The notes: generated by a model from the sequence alone, not told the origin. A stretch of 52,435 bases of DNA from a virus (IMGVR_UViG_3300010413_000048:1-52435), one strand, 5' to 3'; positions 24,989 through 35,373 are shown, counted from the stretch's first letter. Translations and numbers: made by a program.

Positions 24989-26547
24989 TGGATAATGAAA
25001 CTAGAGAAATACTTTATAACTGCTCACAGAGCACAGAAGTTCTTGCAAAGACCTTCTTTCCTGAGCGCTTTGAGCTAGAGTTTGTTGAAGCAGTCCATAG
25101 ACCTATCTTTGATCTTATTGATGGGCCTGATAATAAAGTAGCAATAGCAGCCCCACGTGGATGGGGAAAGACTTCAATAGTAGGTCTTGCACTACAAGCA
25201 AGACATATCTTGTTTGAACTTTCTGACTTCGTATGTTACATTAATAAGAGTCATGATGCAGCATGTCTGCAGACCGAAAACTTACGTCGAGAGCTTGTTA
25301 CAAATAAAGCAATAAAGCATTTCTTTGGTTCAGTAAAGAGTCGAGGAGCTAACAAAGATGAATTTGACGAAACGTTTAGTAAAAAAGCCTGGGTGGCTTT
25401 TAATACTCTTGTCTGGCCTCGTGGTGCTGGTCAGCAAGTTCGTGGTGTCTTATTCAAAAACTCACGTCCTGGCCTCTTCGTCATTGATGATCTTGAAGAC
25501 CCTGAGCATATCGAGAGTGAGGACTATAGAAGAAAAACCTACGCATGGCTCTATGCAGATGTTATCAAAGCTGTACCACGTATAGGAGCAAAAGCATTGA
25601 CTTATAAGGTAGTCTATATAGACACTCTCAAACATCAAGACTCAGCACTTCAAAAGCTTCTTGATTCCTCCGAATGGAAGTCAGTGCGTCTCGAAGCCTG
25701 CGACGATGAGTTTCATTCTGTAGCACCGAGCTTCATGAGTGATGAGGCAATTCAGAAGGAATGGGAAGAGCATGTTGCATCAGGTCAAACAGATGTCTTC
25801 TTTCGTGAGTTACGTAATCTTCCTATATCAACAAAGGATGCTTCATTTCAAGATGATTACTACAAATACTATAATGTTCCACTTGAGAAGACTTTTAGGG
25901 AAGGAAAGGACATAAAAGTAACAGATGTAGAGGTTCAACTTAATAAACATAATGAATCAATAGTTATTCTTGATCCTGCTAAAACAGCAAATTTAAAGTC
26001 AGCTGATTCAGCTATTGTAGGTCTTGGTCTCGATATGGAGAATGCTAGAGTCTATATACGAGACATTGTCTCAGAAAAATTCTATCCCGATGAGATGTAT
26101 GATGCCTTCTTTGAAATGGCTATAAGACTTGGAGCAAGGGTAGTTGGAGTCGAAACAACTGGAATTGAAGAATTCATCAAACAGCCTATAAAGAACGAAA
26201 TGTTTAAGCGTGGAAAATTCTTTGAAATCATCTGGCTAAAAGCCCGTGGTGGAGAGAATCAGGAGAAGGGAAAGGTTTTACGAATAAGATCAATGGTTCC
26301 CTACTATCGTCTTGGCTACATGTATCATAATGCGAGCTGTCCTAAAATAAAAGATCTTGAGAACCAGCTTCGTATGTTTCCTAGATCAAAACTCTGGGAC
26401 ATCATGGATGCTACTGCCTACTTCATCGAAATGCTTGAACTTGGTGAACGCTACTTTGGAGTTGAAGGAACCGATCCAGATGATCTCGAAGCTGAATATG
26501 CAGATCTTGATTATGAAGAACCTATTCAGAACTGGAGGTATGTATAA
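24988..26547 (+). CDS. terL: terminase large subunit
   Basis: Walker A APRGWGKTS, Walker B FVIDDLE, nuclease LDPA...D, GVE, L..FP....DIMDA. Confidence 0.9.
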   Translation: MDNETREILYNCSQSTEVLAKTFFPERFELEFVEAVHRPIFDLIDGPDNKVAIAAPRGWGKTSIVGLALQARHILFELSDFVCYINKSHDAACLQTENLRRELVTNKAIKHFFGSVKSRGANKDEFDETFSKKAWVAFNTLVWPRGAGQQVRGVLFKNSRPGLFVIDDLEDPEHIESEDYRRKTYAWLYADVIKAVPRIGAKALTYKVVYIDTLKHQDSALQKLLDSSEWKSVRLEACDDEFHSVAPSFMSDEAIQKEWEEHVASGQTDVFFRELRNLPISTKDASFQDDYYKYYNVPLEKTFREGKDIKVTDVEVQLNKHNESIVILDPAKTANLKSADSAIVGLGLDMENARVYIRDIVSEKFYPDEMYDAFFEMAIRLGARVVGVETTGIEEFIKQPIKNEMFKRGKFFEIIWLKARGGENQEKGKVLRIRSMVPYYRLGYMYHNASCPKIKDLENQLRMFPRSKLWDIMDATAYFIEMLELGERYFGVEGTDPDDLEAEYADLDYEEPIQNWRYV

Positions 26548-26768
26548 TGTCAGATCCAGCAATAACTATACTTAGTGGTCTTGTGATTGCCTTTACTTCA
26601 GGTGGTATAGGTGCATTTATAGGAAGCTATAAGAAAGTAAATTCATCTAATTGTGATGAAAGAAGAAAATCATGTCAGCAGTTGCTAATAGACAAAATAA
26701 ACAATGTTGACAAAAAGCTTGATTCAATAATAGATGCACTCAAAAGTCACAATATATTTGTGATTTAG
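26547..26768 (+). CDS. small membrane protein with coiled-coil tail (holin-like)
   Basis: One TM segment followed by C..R...C...KI..VDKKLD. Confidence 0.55.
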   Translation: MSDPAITILSGLVIAFTSGGIGAFIGSYKKVNSSNCDERRKSCQQLLIDKINNVDKKLDSIIDALKSHNIFVI

Positions 26769-26791
26769 ATATATAAAAAATTTATACATCT
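26767..26791. repeat. 25-bp palindrome, copy 12
   Basis: AGATATATAAAAAATTTATACATCT. Confidence 0.9.
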
Positions 26792-26806
26792 TGGGAGGTA
26801 CTTAAG

Positions 26807-27109
26807 ATGCAATTTGTACAAGCTTTAGATATGACACCTAACGGTGATTTTGAGACAATAAATATAACTAATGCTGCAGCATCCCAGCTCGGTGCAACTT
26901 ATCGAGCAAGAGCAAAGGCTGTTCTAATAACCATTGAGACCAACAACATTCGTTATCGAATAGATGGTGATGATCCTACTAATCTTCTTGGTCATGTAGT
27001 CTTTGCTAATGGAGGACTGACATTTAAAGATCCTTATTCCCTCCAGCAGCTTCGAATGATTTCCTTAGCTGCTGGTGGATCAGTTGCTCAAGTAACTTAT
27101 TACAAATGA
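26807..27109 (+). CDS. hypothetical beta-rich virion protein
   Basis: GGAGGT RBS; ITIE.NNIRYRIDG.DPT...G. Confidence 0.6.
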   Translation: MQFVQALDMTPNGDFETINITNAAASQLGATYRARAKAVLITIETNNIRYRIDGDDPTNLLGHVVFANGGLTFKDPYSLQQLRMISLAAGGSVAQVTYYK

Positions 27110-27117
27110 GGTATGCT

Positions 27118-28284
27118 ATGAGAAGATATATAAATTTTTTATTTATCTTAATTATTTTAATTCTTCCTTTATCTACTAATGCTCAGAATCCTATTAGTGG
27201 TGGAGGGCCTATAATACAACCTCCAGGAGGAGTAAGTACTTCAGCTGATATCATAGCCACTTTTGATGGTGGAGCATGTGTTGGATATCTGAAATCAGAT
27301 GGGACTTGTGATACTCCTGCAGGTGCTGGTGATATGGCTAAGGCTACTTATGACTCTGATAATGATGGATTTATAGACCTTAACAATGGTGGCTTTGACC
27401 AGGATGCATCTGCACTTGTTGCAACTATTCCTGAGATAAATCTTCTCAGTGGCAAAACATCTGTTCAGCAGCAGCCAGCTGAGGGCGCCTTTGCTAATGG
27501 AGATAAGACTAAACTTGATGGAGTAGAAGCACTTGCAGATGTAACAGATGCTGGAAATGTAGGTCCATTGATTACTGCACAGATGGGAACAGCTTATGAT
27601 TCAGCAGCTGAAATGGCTGCACTATTTGCAGGTAAGCAGGATGCAGATGCTGATCTTACAACTTATGCAGGAATAACTCCCTCAGCAAATGTTCAGACAC
27701 TTCTTGCTAATGCTAACTATGCTGATTTTCTTACAGATCTCTTCAGCGGAGGTTATACGGCAGGAGCAGTTGCTTTAAATTTTTCATCAGCTACTGTCAC
27801 ACTTCCTACATTATCTGATATTTCAATGACTCAAGGAAGTTCATTAATATTAACAGATAATAATACAATAGTCTTTGATGCTACTCCAGATGGCATGGAT
27901 GATGGAGAATACAATGGTGAAGTTATCGAGGGCATCAATCATGGTGAGACAGTAGGTGCTATCAAGTGTGTCTTTCTTGCTGCTGATGGAAAAGTTGATA
28001 TTGCTGATGCTGATGCAGCAGGCGAATTCCCTGCATTTGGACTAACTGTCAATGGTGGTGATGATACAGATGCAGCGATTATTCTTGTCAAAGGAGTTGT
28101 TCGTGATGAAGATTGGACTGGTCTAACAGTTGGAGGAAATATATTTCTAGGTGATGATGGAACTGGACAAATTACTCAGACTGCTCCTTCAACATCTGGA
28201 GATTGTGTACAAAAGATTGGAGTTGCAATATCTGATTCAGAAATATTTTTTAATTTCACTGGTGAGTATCTTGAGGTAGAATAA
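27118..28284 (+). CDS. signal-peptide-bearing fibre/decoration-like protein
   Basis: GAGGT RBS; MRRYINFLFILIILILPLSTNA-Q; GDMAKATYD and DADLT fibre motifs; C-terminal ADAD...G.V...L..G..IFL...G.ITQTAP...Q.IGVA. Confidence 0.65.
   Translation: MRRYINFLFILIILILPLSTNAQNPISGGGPIIQPPGGVSTSADIIATFDGGACVGYLKSDGTCDTPAGAGDMAKATYDSDNDGFIDLNNGGFDQDASALVATIPEINLLSGKTSVQQQPAEGAFANGDKTKLDGVEALADVTDAGNVGPLITAQMGTAYDSAAEMAALFAGKQDADADLTTYAGITPSANVQTLLANANYADFLTDLFSGGYTAGAVALNFSSATVTLPTLSDISMTQGSSLILTDNNTIVFDATPDGMDDGEYNGEVIEGINHGETVGAIKCVFLAADGKVDIADADAAGEFPAFGLTVNGGDDTDAAIILVKGVVRDEDWTGLTVGGNIFLGDDGTGQITQTAPSTSGDCVQKIGVAISDSEIFFNFTGEYLEVE
27124..27148. repeat. 25-bp palindrome, copy 13 (intragenic)
   Basis: AGATATATAAATTTTTTATTTATCT encodes RYINFLFI. 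Confidence 0.9.
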
Positions 28285-29135
28285 TGAAGAGATTAATATT
28301 CTTAATACTATTAATACCATTACTATGTTTTGGTGCTGTAGATACTAAGAATGGAACTGCTATAACTACTGGCACTACATTCGATGGTGAAACAGGGTTT
28401 GATACAATAATTGGACAGACTATAACCAGTACCGCCTGTGCAGATTCATCATGTACTGGATTTCTAATATGTCAAAACTTTGAGGGTACTGGTCTTGATA
28501 ATAGTGAAACCTATGGTGATTATGGAGATGCTGGTACTGTTGATTGGGTTATAGATTCGAATGCTCCTGGATGTGTTGGATGTGTAGCGGACTTAGACTA
28601 TGCCACAGGTCCTGGTAGAGGATCTCAGAGTTTTAGAATAAATAATGGAACAGAGGGATCATTTAATCTTGTAGATATGAATTTTGGAGGAAGATCAGCG
28701 CCTTCTGAAATCTACATACATTTTATGATTAAGTTAGTTACAGCTCCTGATATTGAATATGCTGATTGTATGAGTCTATGGGAAGATACGATCACTGATA
28801 ATATGACTATTCTTATTAATAGTAGTGGTCAATTATACATAGGGTGTAATGTTGGGGCAGAAAGTTCTAGTGCAACTGGAGCATTGACTCCAGGAACATG
28901 GTATCATGTCTGGGCTTATTTTAAGTCAGGGGCTGGAAATGATGCAATAGGATGGCTTAAGTTATCTACAGATACTACTGAACCAGGATCTGCAACTATC
29001 TCGAAATCTGACTTTAATTACACAGATGTCTTTGATCTGATTGGTTTTACAACTTCTTCTGCCTCAAGCGAATATGAATATATAATTGATCAAGTATTAT
29101 ATTCTTCGTCTTCTATAGGCAATGTATGCGATTAA
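28284..29135 (+). CDS. secreted concanavalin A/LamG-like protein
   Basis: MKRLIFLILLIPLLCFG signal; NFEG; LTPGTWYHV; YIID. Confidence 0.65.
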   Translation: MKRLIFLILLIPLLCFGAVDTKNGTAITTGTTFDGETGFDTIIGQTITSTACADSSCTGFLICQNFEGTGLDNSETYGDYGDAGTVDWVIDSNAPGCVGCVADLDYATGPGRGSQSFRINNGTEGSFNLVDMNFGGRSAPSEIYIHFMIKLVTAPDIEYADCMSLWEDTITDNMTILINSSGQLYIGCNVGAESSSATGALTPGTWYHVWAYFKSGAGNDAIGWLKLSTDTTEPGSATISKSDFNYTDVFDLIGFTTSSASSEYEYIIDQVLYSSSSIGNVCD

Positions 29136-29148
29136 TTTATAGGAAATT

Positions 29149-30027
29149 ATGGCACTTAAGAAAGTAAGAGTTGGTGCAAATGTAGATGCCTTTCAGTTCG
29201 ATGATGGAGATTATTCAGAGGCCATTGATACTGATAGTATACCTATAAACACTGGTACAGCTACACAGCCTGCTCATGCTATTAGACTTGATCAACTACC
29301 TACTCTAGGCAATGTAACCTCTGCAGATGCAGTAATTGCTGATAATGCAATAGTCCGTGGAGATGGTGGAGCTAGAAAGATTCAGGGCTCTTCTTTATTC
29401 TTAGATGACTCAGGAAACCTTTCAAAAGCTGTAGCCGATTTAGATCTTGACTGCGGTGCTAATAAAACATTAAGGATGGTTCAATCCCTTTGGGATGATC
29501 TTAGAATAGTTCCAGGATCATTTGATAGAGTTGGAGCATCTGATCCTGCAATCCAGGCAATAACTCCTGGAGCTGGAACTACTACATACTTATGGGAATT
29601 TGCTAAGAATGACATAGTCTCGTTCACTGCTCAGCTTCCCCATACTTATAAACAAGGGGAAGATATATCTGTTCATCTTCATTGGACTCCAGGGCCTTGG
29701 GGAGTGGCTGAAAATGGAAATACTGTAGGTTGGAAAGTTCAATATACCTGGGCAAATATAGATGGAACATTTGGAGCTATGGTAACAGCTGATCTTTCAG
29801 ATGCCTGTGATGGTACTGATTACAAACATCAAAAAACTCCAGCTGTAACAATAACTGGTACTGGAAAGACTATTTCATCTATGTTAATATGTAACTTAAC
29901 TCGTACTGATACTGGAGCTGATGATACTTGGTCTTCTGCAGTTCCAGGTGAGCAGCCTATGATATTGGAAGTTGATTTTCATTTTCCTATTGATACAGTG
30001 GGAAGTAGACAAATAGGAACTAAATAG
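29149..30027 (+). CDS. putative virion structural protein
   Basis: DNAIVRGDG..RKIQ.S fibre motif; WDDLR...QLPHTYK.G..I.VHLHW beta domain. Confidence 0.6.
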   Translation: MALKKVRVGANVDAFQFDDGDYSEAIDTDSIPINTGTATQPAHAIRLDQLPTLGNVTSADAVIADNAIVRGDGGARKIQGSSLFLDDSGNLSKAVADLDLDCGANKTLRMVQSLWDDLRIVPGSFDRVGASDPAIQAITPGAGTTTYLWEFAKNDIVSFTAQLPHTYKQGEDISVHLHWTPGPWGVAENGNTVGWKVQYTWANIDGTFGAMVTADLSDACDGTDYKHQKTPAVTITGTGKTISSMLICNLTRTDTGADDTWSSAVPGEQPMILEVDFHFPIDTVGSRQIGTK

Positions 30028-30037
30028 AGGTAATTAA

Positions 30038-32002
30038 ATGCCCTACATTGTACAAGGTGATTCAGGGGACTCAGCAGGATTTGATTATAGGGATAAGCAT
30101 CATGATTATGATTATCCTTATGAGCTTAATCTAGATCCAAACTCAGACCTTCATCGAGAAGTTCGTAATAAGATCTGGCAACGGGCTAATGAGGCGAATA
30201 AGGAAATTTCTAAGCGCTTCAGTTCCTGGAATGAAGTAGATCAGATACTTACTACTTATATTAGTCTGAGTGACAAGGAAGAGGCTATCAAAGATAAAGA
30301 TCCTAACAAACCAGTGTCTATTATCTTTCCTTATTCCTACAGTAATCTTGAATCCCTTCTTACTTATATGTCAGCTGCATTCTTTCAAGATCCTATGTTT
30401 CAATATGAGGGAGTTGAAGATGATGATACAATAGGTGCAATGCTGATGGAGCTAGTTATTCGACTCCACTGCATTAAGACCAAAGTTCCTCTTGCAGTCC
30501 ACACTGTCTTACGAGATAACTTTGTCTACGGTCTTGGAGCTGGAGTACCTACTTGGGAAAAAAGATATGGAAAGAAGCCTATTAAATCTTCTATTATTAC
30601 AGAAGATGAAGCAGGAAGTTCATCGACTGAAGAGCAAGTGAATTGGGTTGACAGTCTTCTCTTCGAAGGTAATGCACTGGAGAATATAGATCCTTATTTA
30701 ATTCTTCTTGATCCTTCTTACTCAATCCATCAGACTCAAAAAGGGGAGTTCTGTGGTTGGATTGAAAGAGATAATTATATGAATCTATTATCCCAAGAAG
30801 GAAATAATCAAGGTCTGTTCAATGTAAAGTATCTTGAAGGAAATCGTGACAAAAGATCAGCCCTTGCAGTTGATCAATCACAGAGGGAGCAAAAGGCAGG
30901 AGGTTCAAGTAAATCAGGTCGTCAGGGAATTCTCTCCAGTTCAATCAATCCTGTTGATGTAATTAATCTTTATGTAACTCTAATTCCAAAAGAATGGAAA
31001 TTAGGCCCTGGTGAATACCCTGAGAAATGGTTCTTTAAATTGGCTGCAGATGATCTAATTATTAAAGCTGAAAAGGCTAACCATCATCATGGAATGTATC
31101 CTATGGCAGTTGCATCTAGTGAATTTGATGGTTATTCGATGACTCCTATTTCAAGGTTGGAGATTCTCAAGGGACTTCAAGGAGTTCTTGATTGGCTCTT
31201 TAATTCACACATAGCTAATGTTCGAAAAGCTATCAATGATATGTTTATAGTTGACCCTTATCTTGTTAATATTAATGATGTGAAAGATCCAGGAGCTGGT
31301 AAACTTATCAGACTTCGTCGTCCTGCCTGGGGACATGGAGTCGATAAGGTTATTCAACAGCTACAGGTAAGTGATATAACAAGGGCTAATATTTCTGATA
31401 CAGCATATATAACTCAGTGGATGGATAGGATATCTAAAACTGATTCATCACTATCAGGAACCCTTCGCACTGGTGGTCCTGAGCGACTAACAAAGGGTGA
31501 ATTTCAAGGAACCCGTGCGAGTGCTGTTTCAGGCCTTCAACGAATAGCAATGCTAGTTGGAATGCAGTTCATGCAAGACATAGGAACTATGCTCGCTGTG
31601 CATACTCAGCAATATATGACCCAGGATACTTTTGTTAAGATCACTGGAAGGAATGAAGAGAAACTACGTCGACAATTCGGTTGGGACTCAGACCGTAGGC
31701 GAGTCAGTCCTCTTGACATGGCTATTTCATATGACATGCTAGTAAGGGATGGATCGATTCCTGGTGGAAACTTTAGCGAATTATGGGTTCAACTATTTCA
31801 AATTATAGCTGGTAACGAAGGACTATACAAAGACTTTGACATCACCCGAATCTTCATGTATATAGCAACTCAACTTGGTGCAAAGAATGTTGAGGACTTT
31901 AAGCGAAATGCTAATAGACTTCAACCACAAGGAATGGATGATGAGCAAGTGCTTCGTCAGGCTGAGGCAGGAAACATAGTTCCAACATCGGAGGCTTTTT
32001 AA
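30038..32002 (+). CDS. portal protein
   Basis: 654 aa, upstream of scaffold and MCP; ..LQ..LDWLFNSHIANVRKAIN...VDP...PG.LIR pattern of podovirus portals. Confidence 0.8.
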   Translation: MPYIVQGDSGDSAGFDYRDKHHDYDYPYELNLDPNSDLHREVRNKIWQRANEANKEISKRFSSWNEVDQILTTYISLSDKEEAIKDKDPNKPVSIIFPYSYSNLESLLTYMSAAFFQDPMFQYEGVEDDDTIGAMLMELVIRLHCIKTKVPLAVHTVLRDNFVYGLGAGVPTWEKRYGKKPIKSSIITEDEAGSSSTEEQVNWVDSLLFEGNALENIDPYLILLDPSYSIHQTQKGEFCGWIERDNYMNLLSQEGNNQGLFNVKYLEGNRDKRSALAVDQSQREQKAGGSSKSGRQGILSSSINPVDVINLYVTLIPKEWKLGPGEYPEKWFFKLAADDLIIKAEKANHHHGMYPMAVASSEFDGYSMTPISRLEILKGLQGVLDWLFNSHIANVRKAINDMFIVDPYLVNINDVKDPGAGKLIRLRRPAWGHGVDKVIQQLQVSDITRANISDTAYITQWMDRISKTDSSLSGTLRTGGPERLTKGEFQGTRASAVSGLQRIAMLVGMQFMQDIGTMLAVHTQQYMTQDTFVKITGRNEEKLRRQFGWDSDRRRVSPLDMAISYDMLVRDGSIPGGNFSELWVQLFQIIAGNEGLYKDFDITRIFMYIATQLGAKNVEDFKRNANRLQPQGMDDEQVLRQAEAGNIVPTSEAF

Positions 32003-32283
32003 TGATAAGGTCTACAAAGACAAGCATTGAGGAGTTTAAGGAATCTTTACTTTGGCAAGACATCCTTGATGAAATAGACACTTGGATATCTTCATTAAAA
32101 AATCCTCATGAAATAACTGGTGACATAATAGATGGAAACATGAACTCAGGTGCTGGTCTCGCTCTTCATGGATATGTGAAGGGATGCAAGGAAGCATCTG
32201 AGAGATTCAAGATAATTCTTGACATTCTTTTAAATCTTAAGGAGGAAAAAGAAGATGACTCTGGACGCAACGAAACCGAGTGA
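32002..32283 (+). CDS. hypothetical head-module protein
   Basis: TAATG coupling to the portal gene. Confidence 0.65.
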   Translation: MIRSTKTSIEEFKESLLWQDILDEIDTWISSLKNPHEITGDIIDGNMNSGAGLALHGYVKGCKEASERFKIILDILLNLKEEKEDDSGRNETE

Positions 32284-32719
32284 TAGTGCATTAAATAGTG
32301 AAATTCCTGGATACCTCAGGGAAACACGTGCAGCTATTAATGCCCTTTCAGGTGATGGAAGTGTAGGATTTACTGATCTAACAATAACAGTTGGTGATAC
32401 TTCACTTTCAATAGGCTCCGAACTTGATGATTATTCACTTGAGATAGTGAAAACTACAGGTGGTGGAGCTGCTACCATTGCAACTATTCTTGGTGGCACT
32501 GAAGGTCAGGTGAAGATATTTATCTTTATGGATAGCAATATAGACTTCACAGACTCCGCAACAAAAGCCAATGGAACTTTCTATCTCAACCACTTACCAG
32601 CAGGCTCAGCTTATTCACCTTCAGCAGGTGATGTCATTGCACTGATGAACATAGATGGAGATGGTGGAACTACTCATGGATATTGGAAAGAACTTTTCCG
32701 CACTACAGCGGTGAAATAG
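32255..32719 (+). CDS. putative virion protein
   Basis: AAGGAGG RBS; LDATKP...LRETRAAIN. Confidence 0.6.
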   Translation: MTLDATKPSDSALNSEIPGYLRETRAAINALSGDGSVGFTDLTITVGDTSLSIGSELDDYSLEIVKTTGGGAATIATILGGTEGQVKIFIFMDSNIDFTDSATKANGTFYLNHLPAGSAYSPSAGDVIALMNIDGDGGTTHGYWKELFRTTAVK

Positions 32720-32742
32720 ATATATAAATTTTTTATCCATCT
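32718..32742. repeat. 25-bp palindrome, copy 14
   Basis: AGATATATAAATTTTTTATCCATCT. Confidence 0.9.
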
Positions 32743-32762
32743 AAATTGAAAGGAGAATTAAA

Positions 32763-33569
32763 ATGTCTGATGAACTATTAAACGAATTAGATGCAATGAC
32801 AGCAGCCTTAGAGGAACCAGTAGGACAACCTGAGGAACCACCAGCCGATCCTCCACCTCCGGAAGATCCGCCACAGGATCCTCCTCAAGATCCACCGCCT
32901 CCAGAGGAACCTCCTGCAGATCCTCCTCCAGTGGAAGATCCAAAGGATGTTGAGATTAGGATGTTGAGGGAGCAGATTGAAAAATTAGGTAAGTCTGCTG
33001 AACCAGCTCCAGTACCAGCTCCAGAGCCTGAACCTGAACCTCCTGCGGATAAGCCTCTTGCTGACCAGGATTTTATAGCTGATCTTGATTTGGAGACTCT
33101 GAGAGACGATCCTAAGGTTTTCAATAGTCTTTTAAATAAGATCTATAAACAAGGAATGCTTGACTCTCGGACTGCCTACCGAGCTGAAATCAAAAGTGCA
33201 ATGGAGAGTGTGGTTAAGTCTATGCCTGACATCGTGAAGAATAATGTAGCAGTGAATGCTCAGGTAGCAGCTGCAAGAAATAAATTCTACAAAGACAATC
33301 CTGATCTTGAAAACTGGAAAACTTCTGTTGCGACTGTCTATGGAGAACTAGCTGCAGCTAATCCTGACAAGAAAATGGATGAGGTGATGGGTTTAACAGC
33401 AGTGGAAGTCCGTAGACGACTTGGATTGAAGAAAGAAGTAAAGAAAGAAGACGACCCTCCTCCACCTAATCTTCCTGGAGTGAAGAAGGGTGCAAGAGGA
33501 CAACAACCGCCCGACCTAACCCAGATGCAGAAAGAAATGGATGCTATGGATGCGGCTCTTGGGCTATAA
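32763..33569 (+). CDS. capsid scaffolding protein
   Basis: Acidic, Pro-rich (DPP repeats), helical; lies between portal and MCP. Confidence 0.75.
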   Translation: MSDELLNELDAMTAALEEPVGQPEEPPADPPPPEDPPQDPPQDPPPPEEPPADPPPVEDPKDVEIRMLREQIEKLGKSAEPAPVPAPEPEPEPPADKPLADQDFIADLDLETLRDDPKVFNSLLNKIYKQGMLDSRTAYRAEIKSAMESVVKSMPDIVKNNVAVNAQVAAARNKFYKDNPDLENWKTSVATVYGELAAANPDKKMDEVMGLTAVEVRRRLGLKKEVKKEDDPPPPNLPGVKKGARGQQPPDLTQMQKEMDAMDAALGL

Positions 33570-33598
33570 CAATTTAACTTAACTGGAGGAATTAAATT

Positions 33599-33958
33599 AT
33601 GGCTTTAGAAGATCGTGGTGCTGAGCATGATAAGGAAGTAGTAGACAAATATCATGATCCAGGGGCTGATTACTATATGACACCCCTTGACTATGTTATG
33701 CGTCCTGCTGCCACTGGAGCTACTGGTGCCTTTACAGTATATCTTCCACCTGTGGCTGAAGCCAAAGGTAGATGGTATTCAATAGTAGCACGAACGGCAG
33801 ATGGTGTTAACACTATAACCATTGCTGATCTTGATGATTCAGAATGTTGGCCTGGTGATATAGTAATGAATGCAAAGTGTGACAGTGCATTGCTTTACTC
33901 TGACGGTCTCCGCTGGATGTCTGGACATGACATCGAGGGATGGCCTGCTTACTATTAA
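33599..33958 (+). CDS. putative capsid decoration protein
   Basis: TVYLP..AEA.GR...LYSDG.RW; immediately upstream of MCP. Confidence 0.55.
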   Translation: MALEDRGAEHDKEVVDKYHDPGADYYMTPLDYVMRPAATGATGAFTVYLPPVAEAKGRWYSIVARTADGVNTITIADLDDSECWPGDIVMNAKCDSALLYSDGLRWMSGHDIEGWPAYY

Positions 33959-33967
33959 ACCTTTAAC

Positions 33968-33992
33968 AGATATATAAATTTTTTATATATCT
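33968..33992. repeat. 25-bp palindrome, copy 15
   Basis: AGATATATAAATTTTTTATATATCT (perfect arms), just upstream of the MCP RBS. Confidence 0.9.
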
Positions 33993-34013
33993 TTTGTATA
34001 GGAGGAACTAATT

Positions 34014-35306
34014 ATGTTTCTTGGAATGCGTGGAAATGGGGACTGGGTTGCCAACCAGAGGCCCCTTAACTGGAGACAGAAGATTCTCAAACTGTATCCA
34101 AATGGCTCTGCACCACTGACAGCAATGCTGTCTATGATGGGATCTACATCAGTAGACGATCCAGAATTCAACTGGTGGACGCAGGCAATGGGTTCTGTTG
34201 ATGGAGCTGTAGCAGGAATCTGGACTGTGGCTGATATGACTGTGCCATATGTAGCTGGTGGTGTAGCTGGAGATATTCTATTTGTTCGAACTAACACTAC
34301 TGCAATCTTTAAACGAGTTCGTAAAGGTCATCAGATCCTTCTTCGTGATGCTTCTGACTATCGTGTAGATGTCAATGCGAAGGTGACTGAGGTTTATCGT
34401 GGGACAGGTTATGAACTCTATGCCTGTAAACTTCTCGAAGCTGATGATAATTCACCTACTCATGATCTCTCTGATTGTGATACCTTTAAGATCGTAGGTA
34501 ATATCAATTCTGAGGGTGCTGAGATGCCTGATTCAATAGCTCTGAATCCTACCAAGGTAAGGAACTATACTCAGATATTCAGGACTCCTCTTTCCATCAC
34601 TCGTACTGCTCGAAAGACACGGCTTCGCACTGGGGATCAGTATCAGAAGGCCAAGGCTGAGGCTCTTGAGATGCACTCCTGGGAAATGGAACTGGCTTAC
34701 TTCTGGGGAATTGCAACTGAGAACACAGGTGAGAATGGAAAGCCTGAGCGTACCACAATGGGAGCGATTAACTTTATTCGAACTTATGCTGCAGCGAACT
34801 GTGACGATTATACACTGAATGCTACCTACACTGGCCAGACCTGGGTGACAGGTGGTGAGACCTGGTTTAAGACAATCCTTGAACAGATCTTCCGTTACGG
34901 TGCGAGTGAGAAACTGGCCTTCGTCGGTTCTGGTGTTCTTCTTGGTATTGATCGTCTAGCAATGGCAGGTGGACAGATTAACCTTGCTCCAGCACAGAAA
35001 ACCTATGGCATGGAAATCATGCAGTGGAGGACTCCTTTTGGTGTTCTCAATATGAAAACTCATCCACTATTCTCTTATGATGCTACAACCAGGAATATGA
35101 TGGTTGTTCTGGAACCAAAGGAACTTGAATATCGCTACATTGATGATACTGCTTTCTATGGCGAATCAAGCTCCAAGCAGCATCCTGAGGGCTATGGCCA
35201 GCGTCGGGTTGATGGCACAAATGAGGAGTGGTTGACTGAGTGCGGTCTTGAGTTTGGACTGTCAGAGAAATGTGCTGTGTTGAATGGATTCAACCAGAAT
35301 GCTTAA
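34014..35306 (+). CDS. major capsid protein (DUF5309/SU10-like)
   Basis: P...APLT...F.W; EG...P...NYTQIFRT...IT.T; E.A...G...RTT.G; E.GLE. Confidence 0.85.
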   Translation: MFLGMRGNGDWVANQRPLNWRQKILKLYPNGSAPLTAMLSMMGSTSVDDPEFNWWTQAMGSVDGAVAGIWTVADMTVPYVAGGVAGDILFVRTNTTAIFKRVRKGHQILLRDASDYRVDVNAKVTEVYRGTGYELYACKLLEADDNSPTHDLSDCDTFKIVGNINSEGAEMPDSIALNPTKVRNYTQIFRTPLSITRTARKTRLRTGDQYQKAKAEALEMHSWEMELAYFWGIATENTGENGKPERTTMGAINFIRTYAAANCDDYTLNATYTGQTWVTGGETWFKTILEQIFRYGASEKLAFVGSGVLLGIDRLAMAGGQINLAPAQKTYGMEIMQWRTPFGVLNMKTHPLFSYDATTRNMMVVLEPKELEYRYIDDTAFYGESSSKQHPEGYGQRRVDGTNEEWLTECGLEFGLSEKCAVLNGFNQNA

Positions 35307-35336
35307 TCTTAACTCTGGGAGGCTGGAAGGTCTCCC

Positions 35337-35361
35337 AGATATATAAATTTTTTATTTATCT
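35337..35361. repeat. 25-bp palindrome, copy 16
   Basis: AGATATATAAATTTTTTATTTATCT, overlapping the hairpin TCTGGGAG...CTCCCAGA downstream of MCP. Confidence 0.9.
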
Positions 35362-35373
35362 TTGAGGTAGCAG

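Noticed and set aside
32820-33050. GATCCTCC-type tandem repeats
   Set aside because: They encode the Pro-rich low-complexity region of the scaffold protein; the antisense ORFs 32758-32943 and 32885-33124 are shadows of it.
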